Assembly (NCBI GenBank): GCA_028023455.1
Contig: JAQFVV010000007.1
Location: forward strand, 12,090,001 to 12,154,000
Length of the DNA stretch: 64,000 nucleotides
Reading direction: 5' to 3'
Source of the DNA: Epiperipatus broadwayi
Lineage: Eukaryota; Animalia; Onychophora
In this document: positions 1-12,874 of the stretch, in pieces
How the letters are laid out: every line of letters begins with the position of its first letter
Numbering within the stretch: the first letter of the stretch is position 1
The notes under the pieces: generated by a model
What the model was told of the DNA's origin: nothing
The model's database searches: none
Seen by the model: only the letters and a program-made list of their open reading frames with translations
Translations under genes and position numbers: made by a program

Positions 1-599
1 CATGATGACATGGAGGTCAGAACCATTCAGATATTGACATTCCAAAAGGCCCAAACCAAAGACTGATAGTAAAATTAAATAAATTAAGAGTTTAATTATT
101 GTGATAAAATTACTTATACACATGAAAATATAATTGATAATATTAGTCATAGTATTAAAAATTGGATAGAGTTGTTATACTAAAAATAATTTAACAATAC
201 AAGGAAGTACAAGCTTGAAAAGAAAGATTTCTTTGTTGGTAATTTCTTATAAATTTTAAAAAGAAATATAAAAACTCCAAAACTCACAATAAAGTTTGGA
301 GAGATATATATTGGAGTTAAGACGAAGAAACTAAAAGTGAATTATACAAAATAGAAAATAAATAAGTATCAGTGGTATCATAAAAATATTTTAGTAGATT
401 CAAATAGAACTAGAATAAACATGTTGCTAGACAAGATTACAACAGATAAACTAAAATCACAATTAGAAATACAAGAGATTGGACAGACCTATAAAGACAT
501 TATTTGTAAAATCTATGGATAAGATGATGTTTTCTTGAATGATATATGTATATCTATATGTATATGATTAAGTGAATTTATTGTTCAGGAGTTGACAAG

Positions 600-960
600 A
601 AGGCTGAACACTGGAAATCACAGAGTGTCCAAAATTCATAGACCTTTACTTCCAACTTTACTATCTGACTATTGTACCTGGTCATGCAAAACAATAATCC
701 AATAATTTTATTGCTTCAAATTTTGAATTCTGGAAGAGATAAAATTGAACACTAATCTATGGTATTTGATCTCCAGAGATACAACCATTGCACCAAATCA
801 TGCAACTCAATATTGAAATAGCTTTATTACTGGGGAGCTCAAAAGAAGTTTGAGCACTGAAAATGATATAGTTGGATTGTGATCCAGGAATATTTAACTC
901 CAATGTCTGACAGTTGTCCACTGATGTGAACCATCCAGTGCAACATAGAGATGGCAAGTT
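600..960. repeat. Old dispersed repeat fragment, related in opposite orientation to 45900-46140
   Basis: The reverse complement carries GGATCACAATCCAACTATATCATTTTCAGTGCTCAAACTT, ACATCAGTGG and GCATGATTTGGTGC; 45990-46090 carries GGCTCACAATCCAGTTCTGTACTTTTCAGTACTTGAACTT, ACATCAGTGG and GCATGATTTTGTGC. Confidence 0.45.
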
Positions 961-2199
961 ATAGATTTCAAATATAGATTAACCTTGTAGAAGTCTTCTG
1001 GTATATATTGGTAATATTGTAGTTGAAAATAGTGGTTATATATATATGTTAAAATGAAGATATGAATTTTTTAATATGTATTTTATATATATATATACAA
1101 AAAAAAATTCATGGAAAACAATTATAAAGATCAAGTTCATTGATACATAATTAACACTACTGTGGCAATGTTCCTCTGGATTATAGATGCCATTAAATAG
1201 CTAGAGAATGTTATTGTTTTAAAAAAAATTGTAGATGCACTGCAGCAACATAAAATAAGAGGAATGATTCATTCAATGGAAACCAAAAGTATTTTCTAAA
1301 AAAAAAATATGATAAAGTGAAAAAGAGGCTGATAACATAGATGAAAAAAAATCAACATAAAGTCAACAAGTAATTTTGATTAATGGGTTTTGATTTTTTT
1401 TCATATGGAGAATAATTTATGTATATCAATGACCATATGTGTTGATACAGTCTACTTTTTTAAGGATTATGATGGCATTTCTAATTTTTCATTAATGGAA
1501 AGTGCCTTATCTAGATAGGACTCTGGCATTTACATATCATATTCAGATTAATATTATTAGTTTGGAATGAGAGTGATGATGATGACTGCTACTTTGCACT
1601 ATTAGCACATTAATTTTTTCTAATACTGATGAGTTAATTGCTAATACTTCACATAAGACAGACCTTACAGGCTCCGCATTTTAAAAGTAAAAAATCCTTA
1701 AGCCTGGTCAGAAAGTCTCCAAATTATCCCATATCAGTATACATCCAGCACTAGTTCATTTTATATAAGGAACACAACTTAAAGATTGATTTTTTTCTTC
1801 TTCTGTTGTTTAGAACCGTAACCTTGAATAATAAACTTGAGTTATAAGTTTCAGAATTAAAGCTTGAATCTAGTTATCAACAATTACATGAATTTCTGAA
1901 GCAATTAAACATGCCATTATTGTTTGAACATATGATTTAGAGCATTAATAGGCTGATAGAATCAAATCCTAAAAGCTCCTGTATTGTTATAAAAGTTCTT
2001 AAGCTTACAACACATTCAATTAATTATGTTTATGATGAACTATTATATCTGATCTGCTATTATCATATTTGTATATCATTCAACTGTGGCAAATCTGAAG
2101 CTTAAGGTATTCAGATCATGCCCATGCCTATCACTTTGGCATTAAATTTCTTATGAACTCCTAAGCTATAATGTCATTCAGTCTTTTTTTTTAATGTGA

Positions 2200-2650
2200 T
2201 CTTTTGAACAATCGTGCAAAGTAAGGACTGCACTACATAAATATTATTCATTATTGGATAATTTATAGTCTAGTGAATGACTAATAAAAATTAATATACT
2301 TCCACTAAGTGAATTGTGCCATAGTTGTGAGGCAGCAAGTTTGATACTTATCAAATAAAGTGTAGTAGTTTGCTATCTATATATATCAAACAATGATATA
2401 AAGATATGTGTATGTGATTGTGGTCTGGTCCAAATAATGAATGCTGGTTCGGCATCAAATGTCATGTTGAAGATCATCTTTTTCACGTGTCTTTGGTCAT
2501 ATGTTTCTGATTACATTTCTCTACAAAATGTTAAAAATAGATAGAAGCCAGTCTCTACCTTACATGAGCGTGGTGTAGTAAAAATTGCGCTACATGAATA
2601 TTATTCATTATTGGATAATCTCTACTCTAGTGAATATCTAATAAAAGTTA
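2200..2650 (-). repeat. Family C satellite-like repeat, about 1.2 units (period ~357 bp)
   Basis: A ~60-bp block (CTACAT.AATATTATTCATTATTGGATAAT...TCTAGTGAAT..CTAATAAAA) occurs at 2231 and 2588. It is the reverse complement of the unit tandemly repeated at 50310-51170. Confidence 0.75.
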
Positions 2651-3364
2651 TTAATATGATCATACATTTACTTTTTTTTTTGGCAATAAAATCAAAATAA
2701 CTAATAGTAAATGTTTCCAAAAAAAGATATCTTTTTAATTAAAAAAAAAAAAAATTAAAAGTATTTAATTTCAAATATTTTTTCATCTACGTAAATAAAA
2801 GATCTAACTTATACGAACTGTTAAGTGTAGCAATACGTAAATATATATATATTATGACACAGTCGATATAAACTCAACCTTTAGCTTGAGAAAACAAGAG
2901 AGACAAGTATTTTCATTTTCACATAAGTGAAGCGTATAAGGCAAGTAAGAAAATTCTCTCTCCCCCGCCCCACTACCCTTCTAAGTACTCAAGTAAAAAG
3001 AACAAGGTTAACTTTTAATATGGGAGAACCTTTCTTTTTTAATAAAATCCAGCAATTTGACATTAAGGTTATGAAAAGAAAGTAAATGAAACAGTAGAAA
3101 GCAGATTCATCAAAACCTCAGAAGAATAGTTTTATTCTTCTGCTTCAAGGAAAGTTTATTTAAAATGTTTAAAAAGGTAAAAAGAAAAAAAAGAGGGGGA
3201 TAAACTCAAGTAAACATTTTAAAAATTAATATATATATGATAGTATAAATTAGAACAAATGTAAGTAGATTTATATAAAATAAAAATATTTAATAGGTGT
3301 TGTCAGGTTAATGTTGACTCCTGGCGATGATGTGGTATTATGAATATTTAAAATAGTTTGTGGC

Positions 3365-3720
3365 TGATTTTTCGCGCAAATGACTATATTGCGATTATAC
3401 ATATATATTGCTCAGTGGGTTTTAACCTACTAGAAATGGCGAATGATCTAAAATTCCCTTATATCGAAACTCATTCTGTTATTTCCATATTTTAATCTAT
3501 TGTCCCGCGTGATATAGTACAATGGTTACGCGTCAAAATATAGAATGTATGATCCTCGAATCTTCTCCAGATATGGCATTTCCGGAGTTCGAATTTTTTA
3601 CTAACGCCAGAAAGATAAAGCCATTCGATTAATTGCCATGCGTGGTTTAGTGCAGTATTATTAGACCCTAAACCAGACATTTCCAACGCTCAAACTTCTT
3701 ATGAACTGTCGAACAATAAA
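3365..3720. promoter_or_regulatory. CpG-retaining island with an E2F-like site
   Basis: Dense CpGs in a CpG-depleted background; TTTCGCGCAAA at 3370-3380 matches the E2F consensus TTTSSCGC; also TCCCGCG and ACGCGT. Could instead be a young TE fragment. Confidence 0.3.
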
Positions 3721-3930
3721 GCTACTCAGTGATTTATTTTTTTATCTGTTAAAACTTTCAATTATATATCCATTTATTACAAATTTTTTTCTATACATGC
3801 ATAAATGACGGTACAATACAGTTGTAGGAATTTTATGGGTCTTTGTGAATAAGTAATTAATAAAAATAGACTTAAAAGTAGGTACCTTAGTGAGCTTTAT
3901 ACATCCATGATTATCATACTGATCATGAAA

Positions 3931-3944
3931 TATAGTTTGATGAT
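3931..3944 (+). repeat. Left target-site-duplication-like direct repeat TATAGTTTGATGAT
   Basis: Identical 14-mer at 5651-5664; the bases outside both copies differ. Confidence 0.9.
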
Positions 3945-5653
3945 TACGATAGAATGACAGCCTGTTAAGCTAAATTGCGCAGACGCTATGAGAATGTTGT
4001 TAATAAATGAATACCTTCGAATAACCACATGATATAATATTTATATAAGAGTAAAAGGAATCCCTCTTACTCCTACAACTCAAATGTTTATATATGAGCA
4101 AATCTAAAGTAGTTGTAACGAAGGCGTGACTACATAATAGTCACTTTAAATTACTATATATAATGTCTGTATGAATGGCGCGAATGAAATTTTCTAGAAT
4201 TTACTGAACGCCACTCCAAACGAAACTAAATCATATACGAATAAGCATTTATTTTATAACGTCTTGCGTGCGATTATAATTACGATAGAATGACAGCCTG
4301 TTAAGCTAAATTGCGCAGACGCTGTGAGAATGTTGTTAATAAATGAATACCTTCGAACAACCACATGATATAGTATTTATATAAGAGTAAAAGGAATCCC
4401 TCTTACTCCTACAACTCAAATGTTTAAATATGAGCAAATCTAAAGTAGTTGTAACGAAGGCATGACTACATAATAGTCACTTTAAATTACTATATATAAT
4501 GTCTGTATGAATGGCGCGAATGAAATTTTCTAGAATTTACTGAACGCCACTCCAAACGAAACTAAATCATATACGAATAAGCATTTATTTTATAACGTCT
4601 TGCGTGCGATTATAATTACGATAGAATGACAGCCTGTTAAGCTAAATTGCGCAGACGCTGTGAGAATGTTGTTAATAAATGAATACCTTCGAACAACCAC
4701 ATTCGTGCCATTCATACAGACATTATATATAGTAATTTAAAGTGACTATTATGTAGTCACGCCTTCGTTACAACTACTTTAGATTTGCTCATATATAAAC
4801 ATTTGAGTTGTAGGAGTAAGAGGGATTCCTTTTACTCTTATATAAATACTATATCATGTGGTTGTTCGAAGGTATTCATTTATTAACAACATTCTCACAG
4901 TGTCTGCGCAATTTAGCTTAACAGGCTGTCATTCTATCGTAATTATAATCGCATGCAAGACGTTATAAAATAAATGCTTATTCGTATATGATTTAGTTTC
5001 ATTTGGAGTGGCGTTCAGTAAATTCTAGAAAATTTCATTCGCGCCATTCATACAGACATTATATATAGTAATTTAAAGTGACTATTATGTAGTCACGCCT
5101 TCGTTACAACTACTTTAGATTTGCTCATATATAAACATTTGAGTTGTAGGAGTAAGAGGGATTCCTTTTACTCTTATATAAATACTATATCATGTGGTTG
5201 TTCGATGGTATTCATTTATTAACAACATTCTCACAGCGTCTGCGCAATTTAGCTTAACAGGCTGTCATTCTATCGTAATTATAATCGCACGCAAGACGTT
5301 ATAAAATAAATGCTTATTCGTATATGATTTAGTTTCGTTTGGAGTGGCGTTCAGTAAATTCTAGAAAATTTTATTCACGCCATTTATACAGACATTATAT
5401 ATAGTAATTTAAAGTGACTATTATGTAGTCACGCCTTCGTTACAACTACTTTAGATTTGCTCATATATAAACATTTGAGTTGTAGGAGTAAGAGGGATTC
5501 CTTTTACTCTTATATAAATACTATATCATGTGGTTGTTCAAAGGTATTCATTTATTAACAATGTTCTCACAGCGTCTGCGCAATTTAGCTTAACAGGCTG
5601 TCATTCTATCGTAATTATAATCGCACGCAAGACATTATAAAATAAATGCTTAT
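3943..5653. mobile_element. Young 336-bp-unit foldback array (about 2.3 units forward, then about 2.8 units inverted) inserted as one piece
   Basis: ATTACGAT at 3943/4279/4615 (period 336); inverted units start at 4700/5036/5372 (period 336); units nearly identical and CpG-rich; flanked by a 14-bp direct repeat. Confidence 0.9.
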
Positions 5654-5664
5654 AGTTTGATGAT
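5651..5664 (+). repeat. Right target-site-duplication-like direct repeat TATAGTTTGATGAT
   Basis: Identical to 3931-3944. Confidence 0.9.
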
Positions 5665-5789
5665 GTAAATGTTATCTTTTACAAATGCAATGAAATTAAA
5701 CAAGGAACTGATAGACACTTTTTGATTAATCATTTTGAAAACCTTTAACTGGTTATTGTTTTTCATTATAGGTAGTTATTTGTATATCA

Positions 5790-6350
5790 AATGATCACCA
5801 TTTTATATGCTTGCACAAGCTGTTAATAACAATATCAAACTCTCCATACAGTAGTGCCACACACTTTGTAATGAAATAGATGCAGGAAGGTTTTTGCATA
5901 AAATCCCTATCTAGTGCCTATACATCCAATATCCCCAGACTAGTTTCTAACTTGTGGATTTCATCAGGGATGAACCTTGGAATTGAGATCCTAAGATGTA
6001 GGTGCAGTGCTCTCAAATCCATGGTTCCTCACTGATGAAAGCCACAAGTTAGAAACTAGTCTGGGAATGTTGGATGTGTAGACATTAGATAGGGATTTTA
6101 TGCATAAACCTGTCTGCATCCATTGTTTACAAAGGTTTCAACAAGGTGACACTACTATATGGAGAATTTGAGATTCTAAGATGCAGATGCAGTACTCTCA
6201 AATCCATGGTCCCTCACTGATGAAAGCCACAAGCTAGAAACTAGTCTGGGAATGTTGGATGCGTAGTCATTAGATAGGGATTTTATGCATAAACCTGTCT
6301 GCATCCATTTTTCACAAAGGTTTGCACATGGTGGTACTACTATATGGAGA
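5790..6350. repeat. Family A foldback with tandem duplication of the right arm
   Basis: Left arm CTCCATACAGTAGTGCC...CCCCAGACTAGTTTCTAACTTGTGG (5843-5985) is inverted at 6017-6170, and the right arm is repeated at about 6172-6350. Confidence 0.9.
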
Positions 6351-8348
6351 AGTTTATTTATTTATTTATAAGTGTGTTTTGTTAGAAATTTTCATCTAAG
6401 ACGTTCTGTTATAGTCTGATAAAAAATTTGCAATTTTTTTAAATTTTGCTAGTATTTGTCTTGTTATATTTTTATTGTATTTCAATTATATTTATTAGTA
6501 CTCAAATAAATATTAAAGCATAACCTCTGCCTATGCATAACACTTTATTATTTATTCTTACTGGAACTATTTAAAAGCTATTTTATATTTATATGTGTGT
6601 ATAATATAAAAGTCAATGTTTTTTTGCAAATAAAATATGAAAATAAAGTTTTCATGTTATTTATATATATATCATTGTTAGTTTGGATGTTTCATTCAGA
6701 TTTTTTTACCACCATTTGATTAAGTAAAAAGTAATTGTAAACAGTGCTGCTGCATGGGTAAGTGATGCCTTTGTGCATGGCAAATTTTAGTCCTCCTTCC
6801 CATTTTATGAAATAAAATTTTATAAATTAGACATTTTTCTCCAGTACTTTCACAAGAAAAAAGTCAAAATATGACTTTAGGCATTTAATGTGTTTGGTAA
6901 ATACCTTACATGTTTTATTCATATATTTCTATAAAATAAACTCAAAGATTAAAACACATACATGCTAAAGTAAAACAAATTAATGTTTAAAATATATTTG
7001 TTGAAACAATAATTAAATAATTCCTTAAAACAAATATTTTTATTTAGTAAGGCAAGTAAAAATTTGTTGAATTTGAATTTTTTTTTTTTATCAAAAGTTT
7101 TCATATTATTTTTGACAAACTTGCAAAATTGCTAATAGAGATAGAAAATATCTGCAAATAAGATATTATTTTTTTAAATATCGAAGTGTTTTTATCATAT
7201 TTAAAAGAAAACAGCATTTCTCCCTCACACACACATATAAAAACATTACACTACCCTATTCCCCTTTTCAGGTCTGCATATTAAAAATATTTACAGCCAG
7301 AGTATAATTCTCTGGAATGTTTTTACTCTGAGATCTATCCCACATAATGAGAAGAAAAGGAAGTCCATCTTATCTCCATTATGTTTTTTGAAGCACAATA
7401 ATTGTAAAAACTGATGTAATTCTTTGACTTCTTTATCAATATTTAGATCAACTTTAACAGACATTTTAATAATTTATTAAAAGTAGTTAAAAATAATTCT
7501 TGTTTGTTTGAAAACCCATTCAAAATCTCTTATGTGTAAATTTATCCACACTTTCTAAAAACCAAGGTATATTCCTTCAATAATAAAATACACTATTATT
7601 TATTTTTTTACAAGTAATTCCACAATTAATAACTATAATTTATTGTATATATAATTTGATATTTTAAATTTTCATACATTATTTATTGATGTAATTTTTA
7701 CATTTTTTAGAATCATCAACCTGGTTTAATTTTAAATAACATGGCTGATATAACACTTTCATTCCAACAGCATCAATTTGTTAAAAAAATCATTTGTTTT
7801 AAAAATTCATTAGTTACATTTAATTCAGAACCAGTCACACATAACTTGTATATGTTTTCTATTAACATACATAACTTGTTTACATTTTCTATTGACTAAA
7901 TAGTTTCTCTTATTTTTGTTCAATAATAAAATATTTACACTAGTTTATTATTTAATTTTTGACACTTATTAAGGGGGTGATTTTTTGGTGAAAGTGTATC
8001 TGAGGATGATACATTTTTTTCAGAGCTTCAAAATGAAAATCAGAAAAAAAAAGTTTTTTGCCGGAATGAAAACCAGAATGGAAAAAAAATAATGTTTTGA
8101 AGTTCTGTTTTTTTTTTTTTTTTAGAATGTGCTTACAAATTGGTGTTGCTTTTTTTATAAGGGCAGTTTATAAGATACGAATTGTGGAAGACATTTTATA
8201 TGACTACTATTAAATTATCTCAGCTCCCTCTAGTATTACAATTTATCCATATAGCTTTACAAAATATTTATTAAATTGCAATTATTAAATTACTATATGA
8301 AGTATATATCACATGTCTCCATTTCTTTTTTAAGCTTGTAAAATATAA

Positions 8349-8575
8349 ACAAAGAGCTTTGCTATTAGCTCAACAAGTTTTGTGATAAATGCTAAGCAAG
8401 AAAAAGCATTTAAAGTATCTCTATAAGAAACTACACCCAAACCCCATCTATAAGAAACCACACTCAAACCCCATTTATAAGAAACCACACTCCACCTGTA
8501 CAGAGATATTTTAAATGCTTTCTTTTGCTAAGCATTTATCACAAAGTTTGTTGAGCAATTAGCAAAGCTCTTTGT
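8349..8575. repeat. Inverted repeat (~72-bp arms) with a 27-bp tandem repeat in the loop
   Basis: ACAAAGAGCTTTGCTA...TATCTCT pairs with AGAGATA...TAGCAAAGCTCTTTGT; the loop holds TATAAGAAAC.ACAC.CAAACCCCAT at 8421/8448/8475. Confidence 0.9.
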
Positions 8576-10814
8576 CTACTATATGAAATGTTTTAAAATG
8601 ATCACAACTTATTTGTTTTAAAATCAGTTCATTAAAATCCTTATTTCTCCAGGACAATTTATTTTTATTTCTCCTCAGGAAAACAGTTATTAAATATTTC
8701 CACGAATTTTAGTTCTAATTCTAGCTCTATGCAAAAACAATTCAATTCCTTTCAGCTTTTTCCAATCTGGGTTTATTTTTTAGATCAACAATAACAACAG
8801 GTTTTATTTTAAATTTAATTATTTTTAAAGGAGAATATTTTTAAATTTTTACTTTATTTTTGATTATTTTTTATATTCAATTCAATTCTGAATTTATCAC
8901 TATAATTTGTCAATGTTCACATCAGCTTCATGGTTCATCTTTCAGAAATCTTGTGGTTAATTAGTTGGCCATGGTCGACATCTTCACCACCCCAGATATA
9001 TATTATATTTTATTATATATATATCAACAATTAGGGATTCAGACAGGATAGTTTTGAGGAAAGAAATTTAATGTTTTCATACTTACATCGTGTGATTGAC
9101 AATTTTTAGAAGGATATTATAACTAAAAAAAACTAAAGCTTGGTTTATTCCACTAGATATATTTTTTAGACATATTGTCAATAGTGCGATCATGTAAGGA
9201 TTTTATTACAATCAAGAGAACTGCATTAAACAATATTATTGTCATGGAATTTGTTAAGAATTAAATATTTTGGTGTGCAATAATATCTTTTTAAAAAATT
9301 ATGTTTTTTACTCATTCTGCTGTCCTTAGATTTGGACCATAATGTGGATTATGGATAAAATATGAGCTTTTACTCAGAGAACAAACATGAGTTCACATAC
9401 AAGGAAAGCTATTTAGTGAATTGTATAAAAAGATAATACACCATAAAAAAGATGATATCGTTATTAAAAATAAAAAAAAGCTACTTTTTAAAAAGTGTAA
9501 AAAGATAATGTTGCATAATAAAATAATATTATTAAAAATATTTTGCACAAGACAACTGCAAATCAGTCCAAGAATCCCACATTTCAGAGTCTATTAATTC
9601 ATCACTACTCTAAACTGTTTAACATATATGAGATTAGTAAAATATTATTGATAAACATGATTTCATCACACACATATATACTATAACTGAGAAAATATTT
9701 TTAAACAAATTTTATTTTGAAATAAATTATTATTAGTAATGAGTTATTTTTATGTAAATTAGGATATTTAAATAAAAGTGATTTGGTAAATCTAAACATT
9801 TTTGTCTGCCCATAAATTTAATTAATTATATCAAGAAAAAGCATTGTGCCTGTTCAGTTTAGAGCAGTGGTAGAGTATATATGTAGTATTACTTAAGGTG
9901 TAAGCAATTGTCACAACAAATATATCTAAAGAAGTGTTTCTCATATATTTAAATATAAGAATGTGTTTTAAACTATAAAGTGATTCAGAAAACTAGACAT
10001 TTACATATTTTATTAATTACTATGATAAAATTGCATCAGGCTGTTTGGTTATGTGCAATGTAAAAGTATATCTAGTACAATTCCAGCTCAATCCTCAAAA
10101 TTTAAGTCTCAGGCAATTATTACAATCAGTCTAAGCCAAAAATATTCATCTCATATTTAATTATGAAGTATTCGTACTCAGAATATATTTTTAAAAATAA
10201 AGTGATTTTTAAATGTAAGCGTTTTCATTTGCATATAAATTTTATTAATCATCTTGGTATCTGTGCACCACCATGATGAAGCACATTTGTGCTATGCACA
10301 ACCTGCACACCCACACACAGTGGCTCTTATTATAAATTTAATGAAGTAATTGGCAATTGTCTCAATTAAGGTTGTTTTTAGCATCATCAACTCTGACTGA
10401 TATTACCCTACAGCTAATAAAAATGAAATTCTGTTTTAAATTATTAAAACTGCTATTGAAATGTTTAACATGATAGAATATGTGTTAGAAGTCAGGCTAT
10501 GAGTATCATATATGGTTTCAAGAGGTTTGTAATAGTATTATAGCAGAAAATAGACTGAAGAAGATTCACAATGGTAAAAACCCTATCAAACTTTGTGTTA
10601 TAACTCACGAATCAGACATGCTAGATGTTGAAACTTTTTGTTTCAACAAAAAATTCACTGCATCACTATTTAACGACCACATTGATTTAGAGATGGAGCT
10701 GAAAATAGATTGGAGAGAAAAGGTAGACAATATTTCATTAGGCACCTAGTCTATAGAAAAACCTCACCAATTTATTTTCAAACACATATGCATATTTAGA
10801 TTGAAATGATTATT

Positions 10815-11425
10815 AACTTTTCATTAAAAACCCTTAGACAATCCCAATATCAATAACAATCAACAATTTTCAGCTGTTGTTAAGGAGACCTCCTTTTTAA
10901 CAATCAGGATGGAATCCCTAATCAATCTCATCCTTATTAATAGTGTAATATATGCATATAGATTCTAAAAATTTCAACTTGACCACAGAGATTAAAATTA
11001 TTGATAGAAAGAAATTTAAATAAACCTTTTTAAACAGATAAATATAATCTATTCTGAATGTAGATAATAAATAGTTAATTAGAACATTACAAACTGCAAT
11101 TGTAATTCAAATTGCACCCAAAGTATTACTTAAACAATACATGTAATGATGCTCGAGGCTAACTGGATTTGTAAATAACTATTAAAAACCATTCAACACT
11201 TAGACAATCCCAATGTCAATAACAATAAACAATTTCAAATTGTTGTTAATGCAACTTCCTTTTACCAAAGATGTGGAATCCCAACTTTATTAATGGTCTA
11301 ATATACTTATATAGACACTAAATGTTGCAACTTAACCACAGAGATTGAAATTATTTATACAAAGAAGTTTAAATAAAGCACTTTAAACAGGTAAATAAAA
11401 TCTATTCTGAATGCAGACTTAAGCT
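10815..11425 (+). repeat. Diverged tandem duplication (family E, period ~368 bp)
   Basis: CTTAGACAATCCCAAT.TCAATAACAAT at about 10832 and 11200; ACCACAGAGATT.AAATTATT and ATCTATTCTGAATG.AGA are also repeated. Confidence 0.8.
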
Positions 11426-12576
11426 CACTGATGGGGATTTGAATTCTTCAACAAAGATAGATGCTTTCAAGTAATTTGTCTTTTATTGTATGTTTATTTA
11501 TATGAATTTAAAAAGAATGGGGAAATATAGAAGTTGTTTAATATATCTATAAAGATATTACACATGGGAAAGAGAAACGTGAATAACTCCATATGCATGT
11601 AATGAGGTTTAAAGTTTATATATGTGCTAGAGATAATATCTCTAGTTAAGTAAATGATTAGTAATAACCATTATTGTATTTATCTGAGTTCGATGATGTT
11701 AAAGTTGTAAGTGGAGTGAGTTTGACAGTTGTAAATAAAAATGTAATAATTATTTTTATAGAAAAAAAACAAAAAAAACTAACAAACACAATTTATTATA
11801 GCAATCCAAATAATATCAATCACAGAAATGCTTTGTAAGAATTTATCTATTCATGAGAGACAATCCGTTATTGTCATATAAAGTAAGCTTTAGTTGTTAG
11901 CTTTCTTTTAACTGTAACAACAAGAATATGTATTTCAGTAATCACGTTCTCATCTTATAATTACAGACACCAGGCAGTTTTGATTTACGACTTTTTTTAC
12001 TTTCATTGTTTTCTAAATTTTTATTATTTGATTTTTTTCTATTTACCTTTGTTTTAAGTTCTTCTTCTTTTTGCATTAGATGTCCTTACTCATTCTCAAA
12101 TGACTGCTAATATCTCTAATATATTAGAAAAATCTTAACATACTGAGAGAACATAATAATCACAAAGGTGAAACATTTTTTTTTGATTGCTAATAGTTTT
12201 TGTTTTAATTAAACTTCTGATAATTAATCATTTTTGTGCTCATTCCAAATATATGTATATACATCACTCATACACACAGAGAGATAAAAAAAATACATGG
12301 TTGTCTGAATCCTATATGTTGCTTTAAATTGTAACTAAGAAGTAGGTTTTCATGTAATCATTTATTGTTAGGCTTATTATTATGACATTTTCTATTGACA
12401 AATATATTTTTGATAGACACTAATGACTTGAAAGTTCCTGCAAAGTTTGAAAACATGAAAGATCCAAGGAAGTAATAAAATTCCCTGTCAATAATTATAT
12501 GATGCTGGAAAAAACATCTAACAAGTGTGAAAAGATTAGTGTGAAAGTAACAATTATTTAAATGCAATAAAGCTAG

Positions 12577-12582
12577 TCATTT
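12577..12582 (-). CDS. Candidate terminal coding exon (K-stop) of a putative minus-strand gene
   Basis: Strong acceptor TTTCATTCCTGCGTCTTCTTTCAG followed by AAA TGA; AATAAA on the minus strand at 12361-12366. Phase fits the 13486-13506 candidate exon. Confidence 0.2.
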   Translation of the reverse strand, partial: K

Positions 12583-12874
12583 CTGAAAGAAGACGCAGGA
12601 ATGAAAATTGCAGGAAACTCATTTTTACATTTTTTTTTTTTTATTTAAACCTTTTTTTTTTAATGATTTTTTTTTTCCAAAATAGAAATTTTGAATCTAG
12701 ATAATTTCACTTATTTCAACATTGAGTCAAGGTACATAAAATTCCGACCAATGAAGCACAACCAACGATTTGGATTGCTTCCATACACACACACTCACCG
12801 TCTGAGTGTTTATACGTAAAGCAAAGAAAATAAATATATATTCTCTTTAACAAATACTTATCTATCTCTAGGTA

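Noticed and set aside
1-520. LINE remnant at the window start
   Set aside because: Purine-rich and LINE-like in composition, but no motif could be identified with confidence.
3943-5653. Helitron or TIR foldback transposon identity for the 336-bp array
   Set aside because: The unit has a GTGACTA/TAGTCAC hairpin and a CTAG, but they are not adjacent or terminal. The ends are asymmetric, and Helitrons do not create a 14-bp TSD.
7970-8165. MITE-like element with a CAGAGCTTCAAAA/TTTTGAAGTTCTG inverted repeat
   Set aside because: The inverted match is only about 13 bp and internal; no clear termini, TSD or second copy in the window.
8940-9000. Minus-strand WGGEDVD resembling a glycosyltransferase motif
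   Set aside because: No splice acceptor, the frame closes after about 20 codons, and no other family motif is nearby.
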